From Candidatus Komeilibacteria bacterium (lineage in GTDB: Bacteria; Patescibacteriota; Patescibacteriia; UBA1558; GWA2-36-10): a stretch of 47,868 nucleotides of DNA. A program made the position numbers and the translations under genes. The notes under the pieces are model-generated. The model worked only from the letters and a program-made list of their open reading frames with translations, had not been told where the DNA came from and did not search any database. Location: NCBI GenBank assembly GCA_018656065.1, contig JABHZY010000025.1, positions 1-47,868 on the forward strand. Reading direction: 5' to 3'. This document shows, one piece after another, positions 16,001 to 24,528 of this stretch. Positions within the stretch are counted from its first letter, which is position 1; each line of letters opens with the position of its first letter.

Positions 16001-16639
16001 GGTACAGTTACCTTTGTTTATAACTCAGGATTTAAGGCTGTAGGTTCATCAGGAACAACTGTTTCAAGTGCTGGTTCTGCAAATCTAAGTGGTAACACTA
16101 TGTATTTGAGAAAATCAAAACCAACATTTGCTAAGACAGTAATTAGCGCTACTACACCAAGTTCAGACTCAGCATTGTTTAAATTCACTGTTGTGGCTGA
16201 TAGTCTAGGTGATGTCGATATTAAACAATTAGGTTTCACTGTTACTACAACAGGTACTACAGTAACTGCTTTGAAACTTTATAATACTGACACTGGCCTA
16301 GCTATTACTGACACTGGCGTAGATGCAGACTCTAGTGGTTATGTTAAACTACTAGTAGGCGCTGTTGATGACGACGTTGAAAGAGTTGGTACAACTACTA
16401 AGAATTATGAAGTACGTGGTACTATCACTGGTTGGGGTCAATCAGCTGATGAAATCACTGTAGGCTTCAAACAAGATGTAGCTGCTGCAACTAATGCTGC
16501 TGCTGACACTCAAAACGGTAGTTACTACAATGTATGGTCTGATAGATCAGCAACTAGTCATACTACTGCTACTACTGACTGGACAAATGGTTACTTGATT
16601 AAGGAAATGACAGGAAGTCATACTTTCTCTAAAGCCTAA
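13100..16639 (+). CDS. Large secreted Cys-free, Thr/Ser/Gly/Ala/Val-rich cell-surface repeat protein (S-layer or adhesin candidate)
   Basis: 1179 aa. Signal peptide MSLIKRLFVFSLVFTTVLWSFGGLSVKA|EG, three repeats of about 50 aa, and a D7 linker at 13796-16. At least six divergent modules share the pattern x-F-x-F-x-A-x(3-5)-D-V-x-[IV]-x-x-L. No Cys, no LPXTG and no C-terminal TM. Codons are biased to GGT/GCT/ACT/GTT/TCT. Confidence 0.7.
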   Translation: MSLIKRLFVFSLVFTTVLWSFGGLSVKAEGTYGAGSLLALEGVEGAAVYYIGSDDKKYVFPEGKTYATWYENFDDVVRVDVAELDMYDDGGAMTYRAGTKLVTHANTAKIYAVGPGGSLHWLPTAEVAEALYGATWYVMVQDVIPGYFSSSYVSGADLSDMYPNGTLLQVGEEMYYVMDGDVRPFADSDAFDANNFDYDNLIEVDDVDAYGAGESVTGEETGLAGFMPAESSDDDDDDDVVSTGDLTVSLASGTPVSRSIIADSTNSVGEALTHFSDFKFQAGSSDDAVVTNLKLTRTGISSDTDLDNVYLYNGMIRLAEGGSISSGVVTFNNAAGLFTVPAGTTMTVSVKADLNSAVSAGKTMAIGLASADMVTSGGSVAGNFPLTGNTMTFANVDDLGRVTVSNYNKPASADTSVDPDQSDFEVFTFNLQSGGQILEVDKLVLTEVGSIQVGDLTNFVLLAAGTEVGTAEMADDYTVTFDMSSAPVEITKGSTKSFSVRADVETGSTKTFYFSFQNSSDIMVRDTNYNVYVQPYTGGTWSILKPTTGNFLISSGSVTVSRATTSRTDNAAVDATNVTLATFDFKASGEDVKIKNLDVLADTTSTNNGGLDNGKIMVDGVQVGSTKDLTEDTDVNFTFGSSFIIPAGDTVEVTIVADIKTTTSASYSDTDTVTISVGAGSSNAQGVSSLTTSSVPSSDTAGNSITMTADSLTISKYTGYGDKTLVAGTNGAKLGSFVLNTGAASAVDVSSITVTLSTAEAATVTNLYLESDGVQFGSTKASPSTSNVFSDTTNIVANGAQVFDLYGDILSGADEGTWVASLTATGTSVEGQASVSATSADAQTITIGSGSMSASAGTHADSAVVLAGTTGNDFANFNFSALNEDYTIQELRFTIENNFATSTTGITLDYPTASGTATANGIFIASGDDYYATFTGLDMFVEADNEASVTVKIHTTTIASGGTSGASGTVTFVYNSGFKAVGSSGTTVSSAGSANLSGNTMYLRKSKPTFAKTVISATTPSSDSALFKFTVVADSLGDVDIKQLGFTVTTTGTTVTALKLYNTDTGLAITDTGVDADSSGYVKLLVGAVDDDVERVGTTTKNYEVRGTITGWGQSADEITVGFKQDVAAATNAAADTQNGSYYNVWSDRSATSHTTATTDWTNGYLIKEMTGSHTFSKA

Positions 16640-16684
16640 ATTGTCTCTTTAGTAGATAGAATTCGTTATTTATAGCGAATAGGT

Positions 16685-16725
16685 ACAACCCCCACCTTTT
16701 GGTGGGGGTTGTATTGATTTTTAGG
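16685..16725 (+). terminator. Strong Rho-independent terminator after the surface-protein gene
   Basis: ACAACCCCCACC-tttt-GGTGGGGGTTGT forms a 12-bp GC-rich stem (16685-16712), followed by ATTGATTTTT. Confidence 0.85.
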
Positions 16726-16742
16726 TCAAAAAATAGTATTCT
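16714..16742 (+). promoter_or_regulatory. Candidate promoter for the TPR / Wzy_C-TPR operon
   Basis: TTGATT (16714-16719)-N17-TATTCT (16737-16742). The -35 overlaps the terminator T-tract, the same arrangement as at 4200. Confidence 0.4.
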
Positions 16743-16772
16743 TAGCAGGTAAATTATTTAATATTTTATATT

Positions 16773-17489
16773 ATGGTCAAAAAGAAAAACTTATTTTTAG
16801 GAGCTATTTTGCTAGCATTATTGGTGATAGTTGGACTTTTGTGGACTTATAATAATCAAAAATCACCATTAATTACTAGTGAGCATTTTGAGCTTCTAGA
16901 TGATAAAGATGATATCTTACTTTATAAGGATTTATCAGAGATAAATATCATGACCGACGCTGTAGAGCATTATAATAATAAGATAGTGGAAATGGAGACT
17001 GAATTAGCAGATATTAATGATGATGAGCTTAGAAAAGCTTATTATGAAGATTTAGCTTTTTATCATAGTAGTCTGGGGCATTATGAGGTAGCTTATGAGT
17101 ATTATGTGAAATCTTTAGATTTAAGTTTTGTAAATAGGAAAACTTGGTTAAGCTTTGGAGAGTTACTAGTTAATATGCAGGCCTATAAAACAGCCGAAGT
17201 AGCCTTTACCAAGGCCAATGAAATAAATCCTTATGAAGAGCTTAATTATATAAAGATAGTTGATCTTTATAAGAAGACGGATCGTAGTCAAGAAGATATA
17301 ATAGCTGTTTATAATCAGGGTATAGATTTAATAGAGGCTCCAACTGTATTACTTAAAAATAAGGCAGAGTATTATGAGGATTTGGAGCTTTATAGAGAAG
17401 CTATAAATGCTTATAAAGAATGGGCTCGAGTTAGTGAGCATAAAGAATACATAGAAAATAAGATAAAGAAATTAGAAGATAAATTATAA
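16773..17489 (+). CDS. Membrane-anchored TPR-repeat protein
   Basis: 238 aa. N-terminal TM LFLGAILLALLVIVGLLW. TPR-like repeats include AYYEDLAFYHSSLGHYEVAYEYYVKSLDL and WLSFGELLVNMQAYKTAEVAFTKANEINP. Confidence 0.7.
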   Translation: MVKKKNLFLGAILLALLVIVGLLWTYNNQKSPLITSEHFELLDDKDDILLYKDLSEINIMTDAVEHYNNKIVEMETELADINDDELRKAYYEDLAFYHSSLGHYEVAYEYYVKSLDLSFVNRKTWLSFGELLVNMQAYKTAEVAFTKANEINPYEELNYIKIVDLYKKTDRSQEDIIAVYNQGIDLIEAPTVLLKNKAEYYEDLELYREAINAYKEWARVSEHKEYIENKIKKLEDKL

Positions 17490-17493
17490 GATT

Positions 17494-19695
17494 ATGCATA
17501 AAAATTTGGAAAAATATGGTAAATATTTATTGTTCTTAATCCCAATATTGCCTTTACTCTTTATTGATGGATATTTTTATCCTTTTGTGTTGATGAGGGC
17601 AGTATTTTTTAGGTCCATAATATTAATTGCTTTGGCTATATTTTTATATATAGCATTTAAAGATAAAGGCGCCTTAATACATTTAAAAATAAAACAAGAC
17701 AAAATTTTTGTTTTATTTACTACTTTTGTAGCTATAATGTTTACCACATCTATTTTTGGTACGCATTTTTATAATAGTTTTTTTGCTACTTTAGAAAGAT
17801 TACAGGGAGTAGTTTACTGGCTATTTTTACTAGTATATATATTATTATTAAAATTTTATTTTAGAACATCAAAAGATTGGATGGCCTTTTTTAAAATTAC
17901 TATCTTGGTTAGTTTTGTAGCATCTATATATGCAATACTACAAAAATTTTCTTTAATTGATGTTTTTCATTCTGGCATCGACAGAGCAGAGGGAACACTT
18001 GGTAATGCAGCCTTTCTAGGTTCTTATTTGTTGTTGGCTGTTATTTTGGGTTTTTGGTTATTTCTTAGAGAACAAAATAAAATATGGAAATATAGCATAT
18101 TAATTATCAATCTTTTTAACATATTTGTGCTGTATCTTACCTTAACCCGTAGTGCTTTGTTGGCCTTGTTAGTATTTTTTACAGTTTGGATTTTTACAGG
18201 AGCATCTAGTTTTTCTAGAAAATATAAGATGATTTCTAGAGGTGTATTAGCTCTGATGTTAATTTTAGTAGTTCTAAGTATAATTTTTAGAGACTATTTA
18301 GCTAATTTAGATAATGATATAATAAATCGTTTGTTTGTTATATCTTTGGATTCTCCAGTAATTAAAAATCGATTGCTCGTTTGGCAAGGGGCACTCCAAA
18401 ATATAGGTAATTATTTTTGGCTTGGTTTAGGAATGAATAATTTTGATGTTTTATTTAATAAATATTTTCATCCAGGTATTAGCGAAGATTGGTTTGATAG
18501 ATCACATAATGCTTTTCTTGATATATTTATTATGACAGGTATTTTTGGTTTATTAAATTATCTATTTTTGATCGTTTATTCAATGTGGATACTTATCAAA
18601 AACAGAGCTAAAGATATACTCTTATATTCTACATTTTTTGCTTTACTGGCAGCTCATAGTGTTAATAATCTTTTCGTTTTTGATACACTCAATACTTCTT
18701 TTATTTTATTAGCTGTTTTGGCTTTTATTTCTTTTAAGTTTTTGCTTAAGAGCGAAGAGCCGCAGACAGGTCTTAAAGAAGTACCAAAAGACAAGCCTTG
18801 GTTAAAGCCAATATTGTTTTTAGTGGCTTTATTGATCCCATTAGCCTTTTATTATGTAGTCTATCAGCCGGCTATGCTAAATAAGAATACTTACAAAGGT
18901 GTAGAGCGAATCTTGATCAACAAGGAAGCATCTTATAAAGCATTTTCCAAGCATCTTGGCTATAAATTTGCGTCTAATGAAATTGCCTTCCAAACCTTAA
19001 CTGCTTTTGATATTTTAGAATCAAACAATCCAAGTGTAGAAAATAAAATTAGATTTAAGGAATTAACCTATAACAGTTTTAAAGAAGCGCATAAATTTTA
19101 TCCTCAGGATGTGAGGATAAATATGCATATGGCACAATTTATAATTAATAATTATTCTGATATTGAAAAAATAAATGAAGCTATAATTTTGATTGAAGAA
19201 GCCAAAGAGTTAAGCCCTAATAGGCCTGAAGTTTATTATCTTTTAGGGCAAACTTATATAATAATAGAAGAAGTTGACAAGACAATCGTTGTTTTGAAAG
19301 ATTTGATGGAAAGGTTGCCAACCTTAGCAGATCCAAAATTTATATTAGCTAATATTCTATATTCTCAAGATAAAGAAGCGGCGCAAGCTCAATTTAATGA
19401 GGCTATTAATATGGAGTATAATAAAAATGTTTTAAATTATCAGAGGATTATAGAATTTTATTTAGCTGGAGAGGATTATGAAGCTGTCTTACCATATTAT
19501 TTAGATTTAATTAATTTGAAACCAGAAGATTATCGTTATAAAATTGATTTGGCCCAGGTGTATTATTTTGTAAACGATTTAGAATCAGCTGTGGAACAAA
19601 TAAATATAATTCAAAATAATGCCCCAGAACTCATACCTCAGTTTCAGGAGGCAGTCGACGCTATTTTAGGAGCCTATAACAAATCTTTAGAATAA
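17494..19695 (+). CDS. Wzy_C (O-antigen ligase / O-oligosaccharyltransferase-like) polytopic membrane protein fused to C-terminal TPR repeats
   Basis: 733 aa. LTLTRSALLALLVFF, NRLLVWQGALQNIGNYFWLGLGMNNF and FDRSHNAFLDIFIMTGIFGLLNYL fit the WaaL/Wzy_C/PglL pattern. The C-terminal ~300 aa are TPR-like, for example PEVYYLLGQTYIIIEEVDKTI. Confidence 0.7.
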   Translation: MHKNLEKYGKYLLFLIPILPLLFIDGYFYPFVLMRAVFFRSIILIALAIFLYIAFKDKGALIHLKIKQDKIFVLFTTFVAIMFTTSIFGTHFYNSFFATLERLQGVVYWLFLLVYILLLKFYFRTSKDWMAFFKITILVSFVASIYAILQKFSLIDVFHSGIDRAEGTLGNAAFLGSYLLLAVILGFWLFLREQNKIWKYSILIINLFNIFVLYLTLTRSALLALLVFFTVWIFTGASSFSRKYKMISRGVLALMLILVVLSIIFRDYLANLDNDIINRLFVISLDSPVIKNRLLVWQGALQNIGNYFWLGLGMNNFDVLFNKYFHPGISEDWFDRSHNAFLDIFIMTGIFGLLNYLFLIVYSMWILIKNRAKDILLYSTFFALLAAHSVNNLFVFDTLNTSFILLAVLAFISFKFLLKSEEPQTGLKEVPKDKPWLKPILFLVALLIPLAFYYVVYQPAMLNKNTYKGVERILINKEASYKAFSKHLGYKFASNEIAFQTLTAFDILESNNPSVENKIRFKELTYNSFKEAHKFYPQDVRINMHMAQFIINNYSDIEKINEAIILIEEAKELSPNRPEVYYLLGQTYIIIEEVDKTIVVLKDLMERLPTLADPKFILANILYSQDKEAAQAQFNEAINMEYNKNVLNYQRIIEFYLAGEDYEAVLPYYLDLINLKPEDYRYKIDLAQVYYFVNDLESAVEQINIIQNNAPELIPQFQEAVDAILGAYNKSLE

Positions 19696-19703
19696 ATTAA
19701 ACT

Positions 19704-22037
19704 ATGCTTAGTAATAAAATAGATAGTTATATAAATAAATTTTTAAAATTTATTGTTCCAAGTATTTTTTTATTGCATTTTTTAGTGGATGCAAATTATT
19801 ATTTTCCATTTATTACTACTAGAAATTTTTTATTTAGGATAATAATAACTATCGTTTTAGCTTTATATTTATATTTATACTTTAGAAATAAGTCAGAATA
19901 TGGCTTTGCTAAAAATAAATTATTAATAGCCTATATTGGTTTGGCGCTAGTTTTGACAGTGTCGAGTTTATTGGGGGGAGATTTTTTATATAGTTTTTGG
20001 AGTAATTATGAGAGGATGGAAGGTTTATTAGGTCTTTATTACCTAATAGCATTATTTATAGTCATATTAGGCTTATATAAGCGAAAAAAGGCGTGGTTGG
20101 ACTTACTCAGAGTATCTGTTTGGTCAGCGCTTATTATGGGTATTATGGCCCTATCTCAGCATTGGCATATTAATTTATTTATTGAGTCTTCCGGAGGCGA
20201 ACGAGTGACTGGCACTTTAGGTAATGCTACTTATTTAGCTGTCTATGCTTTGTTTAATCTATTTTTTGCTTTATATTTGTTATTTAAAGATAAGAATAAA
20301 CGACCAAAATTAGAGCTTTGGCTTTTTTATGTTTTGGATATACTGCTGATTATTGTAGAAATATTTGGTAGCGGTAAAGGACCTTTGTCTGGTATATTTT
20401 CAGATCTTAGGATATTTTTATTATTTGTTGCGCCACAAATATTTATTAATTTACAATACCATTTTTATAATAGTAATAAAGCAATTAAATATTCTAAGCC
20501 GGCTTATTTTTCTTTAATAATTTTATTAAATTTTATAGCCTTATTTAACACTCAGACCAGAGGAGTATTAGTTGGTATATTGGGAGCCGCTATTGTGGTA
20601 ACGATATTTTTATTATTTAGCAAATATGTTAAGAAAAAATTTAAGTATTTTATTTTAGGAGCCTTAGCTTTAATAATTTTATTGACTAGTAGTGTTTTTA
20701 CTTTTAAAGATTCTACTTTTGTACAATCAAATAATACCCTAAGAAGGGTGGCTGACATATCAGTTTCAGATGCTACTGCAGAAACTAGGCTGCTTACCTG
20801 GAAATTAAGCTTAAAAGCTTTTAAAGAAAAACCAATGCTTGGTTGGGGGGAAGAAAAATTTTATGTAGTTTTTAATAAATATTTTCCTAATCAAATTTTT
20901 AAAGGAGCTGGTTCACGAGTTTGGTTTGATAGACCGCATAATGTATTTTTTCAGCAATTAGTGCATGGAGGTATATTAGGCCTGCTAATTTATTTGTCTA
21001 TATTTTGGTTTGCTTTATGTAATTTATGGAGACATTATAAAAATACGCATGATCCAATAACTATTAGTATTTTAGGTGGCTTGATGATAGCTTATTTAAT
21101 ACAAAACTTTTTTGTATTTGATAGTCTTAATTCTTATATTCTAATGATTATATTTTTAGCTATTAGCATATTTTTAGCAGGAGAAGTAGAAGAAAAATCA
21201 TTTTTATTTAGAAAATTAACCAGCTTAAAAAATAAAATAACTTCTTTAACAGTTAGAAAAGATACAAAGGAATTTAATAAACGCTTGGCCATAAGTTCAG
21301 CTTTGCTCGTTTTAATTTTAGGTTTTAGTATAAATATTCCACAACTGATGACTAATCGTAATTTCATTAATCAGTATCAAGATTTACGTAAAAATATTGG
21401 GCAAGGTCAATATCAAAAAGCAGATTTGGATGAATTATTAGAGACTATAAACAGTCAGTATTTTGGTAAATTTGAATTAAGGCAAGTATATTCTGAATTT
21501 GCTGCAACTTTAGTTCAGACTTCACTTTTAACTCAAATTGAAAAACAATATTTTATAGATACTGCTGAAGAAATGATGCTTGATAGTATAGCCGAGCAAT
21601 CAGATAATGTCCGTCATCATAGCTTTCTATTAAATATGTATATGCAATCCAGTATTTTAAATCCAATTTATTTGCAAAAAGGCATAGATTTAACAGAAAA
21701 TAAAGCTATTCCTCTTAGTCCTAGTCGTATTCAGTTATATTATTCTTTAGGTCAGCTTTATATTAATTCGGGTCAGAATGAGAAGGCCATTGATAATTTT
21801 ATTAAAGGACAAGAATTAGCTCCTAAAGTTTTTGATTCTTACTATAATTTATTTATTACTTATTTAAATTTAAACGATTTAGATATGGCTAAGTTAACAA
21901 TCCTTGAGATGTTTGAAAATGTAGATGAGATATCTTTAGAAAGTTATGTTCATATTTCACAGGCTTATGAACATTTTGGCTTCACAGCTGAAGCAGAAGA
22001 TATAAAAAATAAGGCTTTTGAAAAATTTAAACAATAA
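19704..22037 (+). CDS. Second Wzy_C (O-antigen ligase-like)-TPR fusion protein, paralog of the upstream gene
   Basis: 777 aa with the same layout: NTQTRGVLVGILGAAIVV, TRLLTWKLSLKAFKEKPMLGWGEEKF, FDRPHNVFFQQLVHGGILGLLIYL. The C-terminal TPR-like repeats include IQLYYSLGQLYINSGQNEKAIDNFIKGQELAP. Confidence 0.7.
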   Translation: MLSNKIDSYINKFLKFIVPSIFLLHFLVDANYYFPFITTRNFLFRIIITIVLALYLYLYFRNKSEYGFAKNKLLIAYIGLALVLTVSSLLGGDFLYSFWSNYERMEGLLGLYYLIALFIVILGLYKRKKAWLDLLRVSVWSALIMGIMALSQHWHINLFIESSGGERVTGTLGNATYLAVYALFNLFFALYLLFKDKNKRPKLELWLFYVLDILLIIVEIFGSGKGPLSGIFSDLRIFLLFVAPQIFINLQYHFYNSNKAIKYSKPAYFSLIILLNFIALFNTQTRGVLVGILGAAIVVTIFLLFSKYVKKKFKYFILGALALIILLTSSVFTFKDSTFVQSNNTLRRVADISVSDATAETRLLTWKLSLKAFKEKPMLGWGEEKFYVVFNKYFPNQIFKGAGSRVWFDRPHNVFFQQLVHGGILGLLIYLSIFWFALCNLWRHYKNTHDPITISILGGLMIAYLIQNFFVFDSLNSYILMIIFLAISIFLAGEVEEKSFLFRKLTSLKNKITSLTVRKDTKEFNKRLAISSALLVLILGFSINIPQLMTNRNFINQYQDLRKNIGQGQYQKADLDELLETINSQYFGKFELRQVYSEFAATLVQTSLLTQIEKQYFIDTAEEMMLDSIAEQSDNVRHHSFLLNMYMQSSILNPIYLQKGIDLTENKAIPLSPSRIQLYYSLGQLYINSGQNEKAIDNFIKGQELAPKVFDSYYNLFITYLNLNDLDMAKLTILEMFENVDEISLESYVHISQAYEHFGFTAEAEDIKNKAFEKFKQ

Positions 22038-22071
22038 AAAAAGACTCTCCTTTGTGGAGAGTCTTTTTTTA
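22036..22071. terminator. Bidirectional Rho-independent terminator between convergent genes
   Basis: aaaaaaaGACTCTCCtttgtGGAGAGTCttttttt has an 8-bp stem (22043-22050 / 22056-22063) with an A-run and a T-run on the flanks. Confidence 0.75.
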
Positions 22072-22072
22072 T

Positions 22073-23278
22073 TTAAAATAATTTTTGATATATATCTTTA
22101 GTTTTTTTGAGAGTTTGTTGTAAGTTGAAATTTTCTTTTATATTTTTATAATTTTCTTCAACCATTTCAATGTTATCATGACTAGTTATTTTCTTAATAG
22201 CTTCGGCTAGAGATAGGGGATTGGCTGGTGTAGTTAGTAAACCAGTTTTTTTGTCTTCTATAATTTCAGGTATGCCACCCACTTTACTTGCTATGATTTT
22301 TATTTTAGCCAAACCCGCTTCTAATATAGCATAAGGCAATCCTTCTTTAACAGACGGTAATACAAAAGCTTCAAAAGCTTTAAGATATTTAGAAGCGTCG
22401 TTTTTAGATCCTAGTAATTTAAAGTATTTATCCAAATCATTATTTTTAATTTGTTCTTTTATATTATTTAATTCTGGTCCATCGCCAATTAATACCCATT
22501 GGTATTGGTCTAAGATAGGAGACTTATCTTCTTTTAATAACTTTACAGCCTCTATTAGGTATTCATGGCCTTTAGTTTTATAAAAACCAGCAATAGTTCC
22601 AAAATATTTTTTATTTTTATCTAAAGCTAATTTTTCTAAAGCAGTATCTCTATCATAAAAATTTTGATTATCTAAATCAATACCATTATGCACAGTGAAT
22701 ATTTTTTCTTTATAAGTAATTTCATTATCAATGGCACTTTGTTTGTCCGCTTCTGAGACTGTGATCACTATATCTTGAATAGCGGTAGAAATTTTTTCAG
22801 AAAATTTATATAATTTTTTCTTAAATTTAGAAAGCGGTTCATTAAATACAAAACCATGGGCCGTATAAATTGATCTTAATTTAGTATTCATTACATTAGC
22901 AGCATACATACGTCCAGCTAAGGACCCTAGTAGACTAGCCTTGGAACTATTGATATGAACTAAATCATATTTACCTTCGTTGTATATTTTTAGAATTTCC
23001 ATTAAGCCTAAATAATCTTTACCAAGATCTATTTTTCTGATCAAATATGGTATAGCAATACTTTTTATATTTAATTTTTCCAAAGTTTTTAAAAATTTTG
23101 GGTCTTTATTTTTTTCTTCACCATAGGCAACATGAACCTCATTATCTTTAGAAAAATATTGAGCTAGGTCTATTACGTATTTTTGAGCTCCTCCCCATTT
23201 GCTCTGAGTGACAATATAGAGGATTTTCTTGCCTTTTAACTCTTCTTTTGAATTAGTTTTTGGGCTAATGTTAGTCAT
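22073..23278 (-). CDS. Glycosyltransferase family 4
   Basis: 401 aa. N-terminal ILYIVTQSKWGGAQKYVIDLA and the E-x7-E region LPSVKEGLPYAILEAGLAKIKIIASKVGGIPEII. Confidence 0.8.
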   Translation of the reverse strand: MTNISPKTNSKEELKGKKILYIVTQSKWGGAQKYVIDLAQYFSKDNEVHVAYGEEKNKDPKFLKTLEKLNIKSIAIPYLIRKIDLGKDYLGLMEILKIYNEGKYDLVHINSSKASLLGSLAGRMYAANVMNTKLRSIYTAHGFVFNEPLSKFKKKLYKFSEKISTAIQDIVITVSEADKQSAIDNEITYKEKIFTVHNGIDLDNQNFYDRDTALEKLALDKNKKYFGTIAGFYKTKGHEYLIEAVKLLKEDKSPILDQYQWVLIGDGPELNNIKEQIKNNDLDKYFKLLGSKNDASKYLKAFEAFVLPSVKEGLPYAILEAGLAKIKIIASKVGGIPEIIEDKKTGLLTTPANPLSLAEAIKKITSHDNIEMVEENYKNIKENFNLQQTLKKTKDIYQKLF

Positions 23279-23286
23279 TTCTTTAA

Positions 23287-23315
23287 TTGATTTATTTACT
23301 AAATATTGCTATAAT
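23287..23315 (+). promoter_or_regulatory. Sigma-70-type promoter for the plus-strand glycosyltransferase operon
   Basis: TTGATT (23287-23292)-N17-TGCTATAAT (23307-23315). Confidence 0.5.
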
Positions 23316-23415
23316 TTTATAGTATTTACAGAGCTAAAGCAAGCTTTTATTAGGAAAATAGATAAAAAATGAAGATTGTAATAGCTGCCCCGCAGAGCGG
23401 GATGACATAAATTAT

Positions 23416-24528
23416 ATGAAGATATTGATTGCCTCAGGTATATTTATTCCCGAGCCCGGTGGGCCAGCTACTTATGCAGTAAAGATTGCTGAGGAGTTTT
23501 TAAAATTGGGGCATCAAGTTAGTATAATAACATATTCTGATAAGTCAGAATATGATTTTGATAAAGATTTAGCTTATTCAGTTCTAAGAATAAAAAGGTC
23601 AAATAAATTAGCCAATTATTTGAATTATTTTAAAGCCTTACAAAAAGAGGCTAAAGATGCCGATCGGATATATTCTTTTGATCATTTTAGTGCGGGTATT
23701 CCAGCAGCTATTTTTTCTACAATATTTAAAAAAGATTTTTACATTCGAGTAGGCGGTGATTTTATTTGGGAAAGATATTTGGATTTTAATGATGATTTAG
23801 TTACTTTAGATGATTTCTATAAAAAGAATTTACATCTTAATGTTGAGAAAAAAAGATTTCAGATTATACGTTGGGTTTTTACTAGAGCTACGGGTATTAT
23901 ATTTACTACTAAATTTCAGTTAAAGATATTTCAAAAATATTATAATTTATCATTTGATAAACTTTTTGTAATTAACAACCCGATAGATAAAGATATTAAA
24001 ATATCTAGAAAAAATGTAAATAAAGAAATTATTTTGGCTGGTAGATTTATTCACAAAAATAATATTTTGAATTTGATTAAAGCTTTTGAAAATATAAAAG
24101 ACAAAACTTACAAATTAATTTTAATTGGTGAAGGGCCAATTAAAAACAAAATGATTAATTTAATTAAAGAATTAGATCTTGGTGATAGAGTTTTAATTGA
24201 AGGAAAGCTTTCTAGAGAAAAGTTGAAAGAAAGAATGTCCAGTGCTTATCTTGGGATTTGGCCATCACTAACAGATATTAGTCCCAATTCTATGTTGGAG
24301 GCACTAAGTCTTAATGTACCGATTCTGAGTTCTAGTGAGATTGGTTTTGATTGGCTTAAAGATAAAATAATGGTTTTTAATCCTAAAGAGGTTTCAGATA
24401 TTACCAAGACTATAAATTATTTGTTAGATTCAGAAAATTATAAAGCTTATCAAAAAAATATAAATGATATTAGTTATGAGTATACATATTCTCAAGCTGC
24501 TGAAGATACAATAAATATTTTAAAATAA
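23416..24528 (+). CDS. Glycosyltransferase (GT-B fold, GT4-like)
   Basis: 370 aa. MKILIASGIFIPEPGGPATYAVKIAEE and the C-terminal LTDISPNSMLEALSLNVPILSS. Confidence 0.65.
   Translation: MKILIASGIFIPEPGGPATYAVKIAEEFLKLGHQVSIITYSDKSEYDFDKDLAYSVLRIKRSNKLANYLNYFKALQKEAKDADRIYSFDHFSAGIPAAIFSTIFKKDFYIRVGGDFIWERYLDFNDDLVTLDDFYKKNLHLNVEKKRFQIIRWVFTRATGIIFTTKFQLKIFQKYYNLSFDKLFVINNPIDKDIKISRKNVNKEIILAGRFIHKNNILNLIKAFENIKDKTYKLILIGEGPIKNKMINLIKELDLGDRVLIEGKLSREKLKERMSSAYLGIWPSLTDISPNSMLEALSLNVPILSSSEIGFDWLKDKIMVFNPKEVSDITKTINYLLDSENYKAYQKNINDISYEYTYSQAAEDTINILK

Noticed and set aside
13100-16639. Higher G+C of the surface-protein gene as evidence of horizontal acquisition.
   Set aside because: The excess G+C is explained by amino-acid composition (Gly, Ala, Thr, Val, Ser), while third codon positions remain A/T, mostly T. 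This is more consistent with a native, highly expressed gene.
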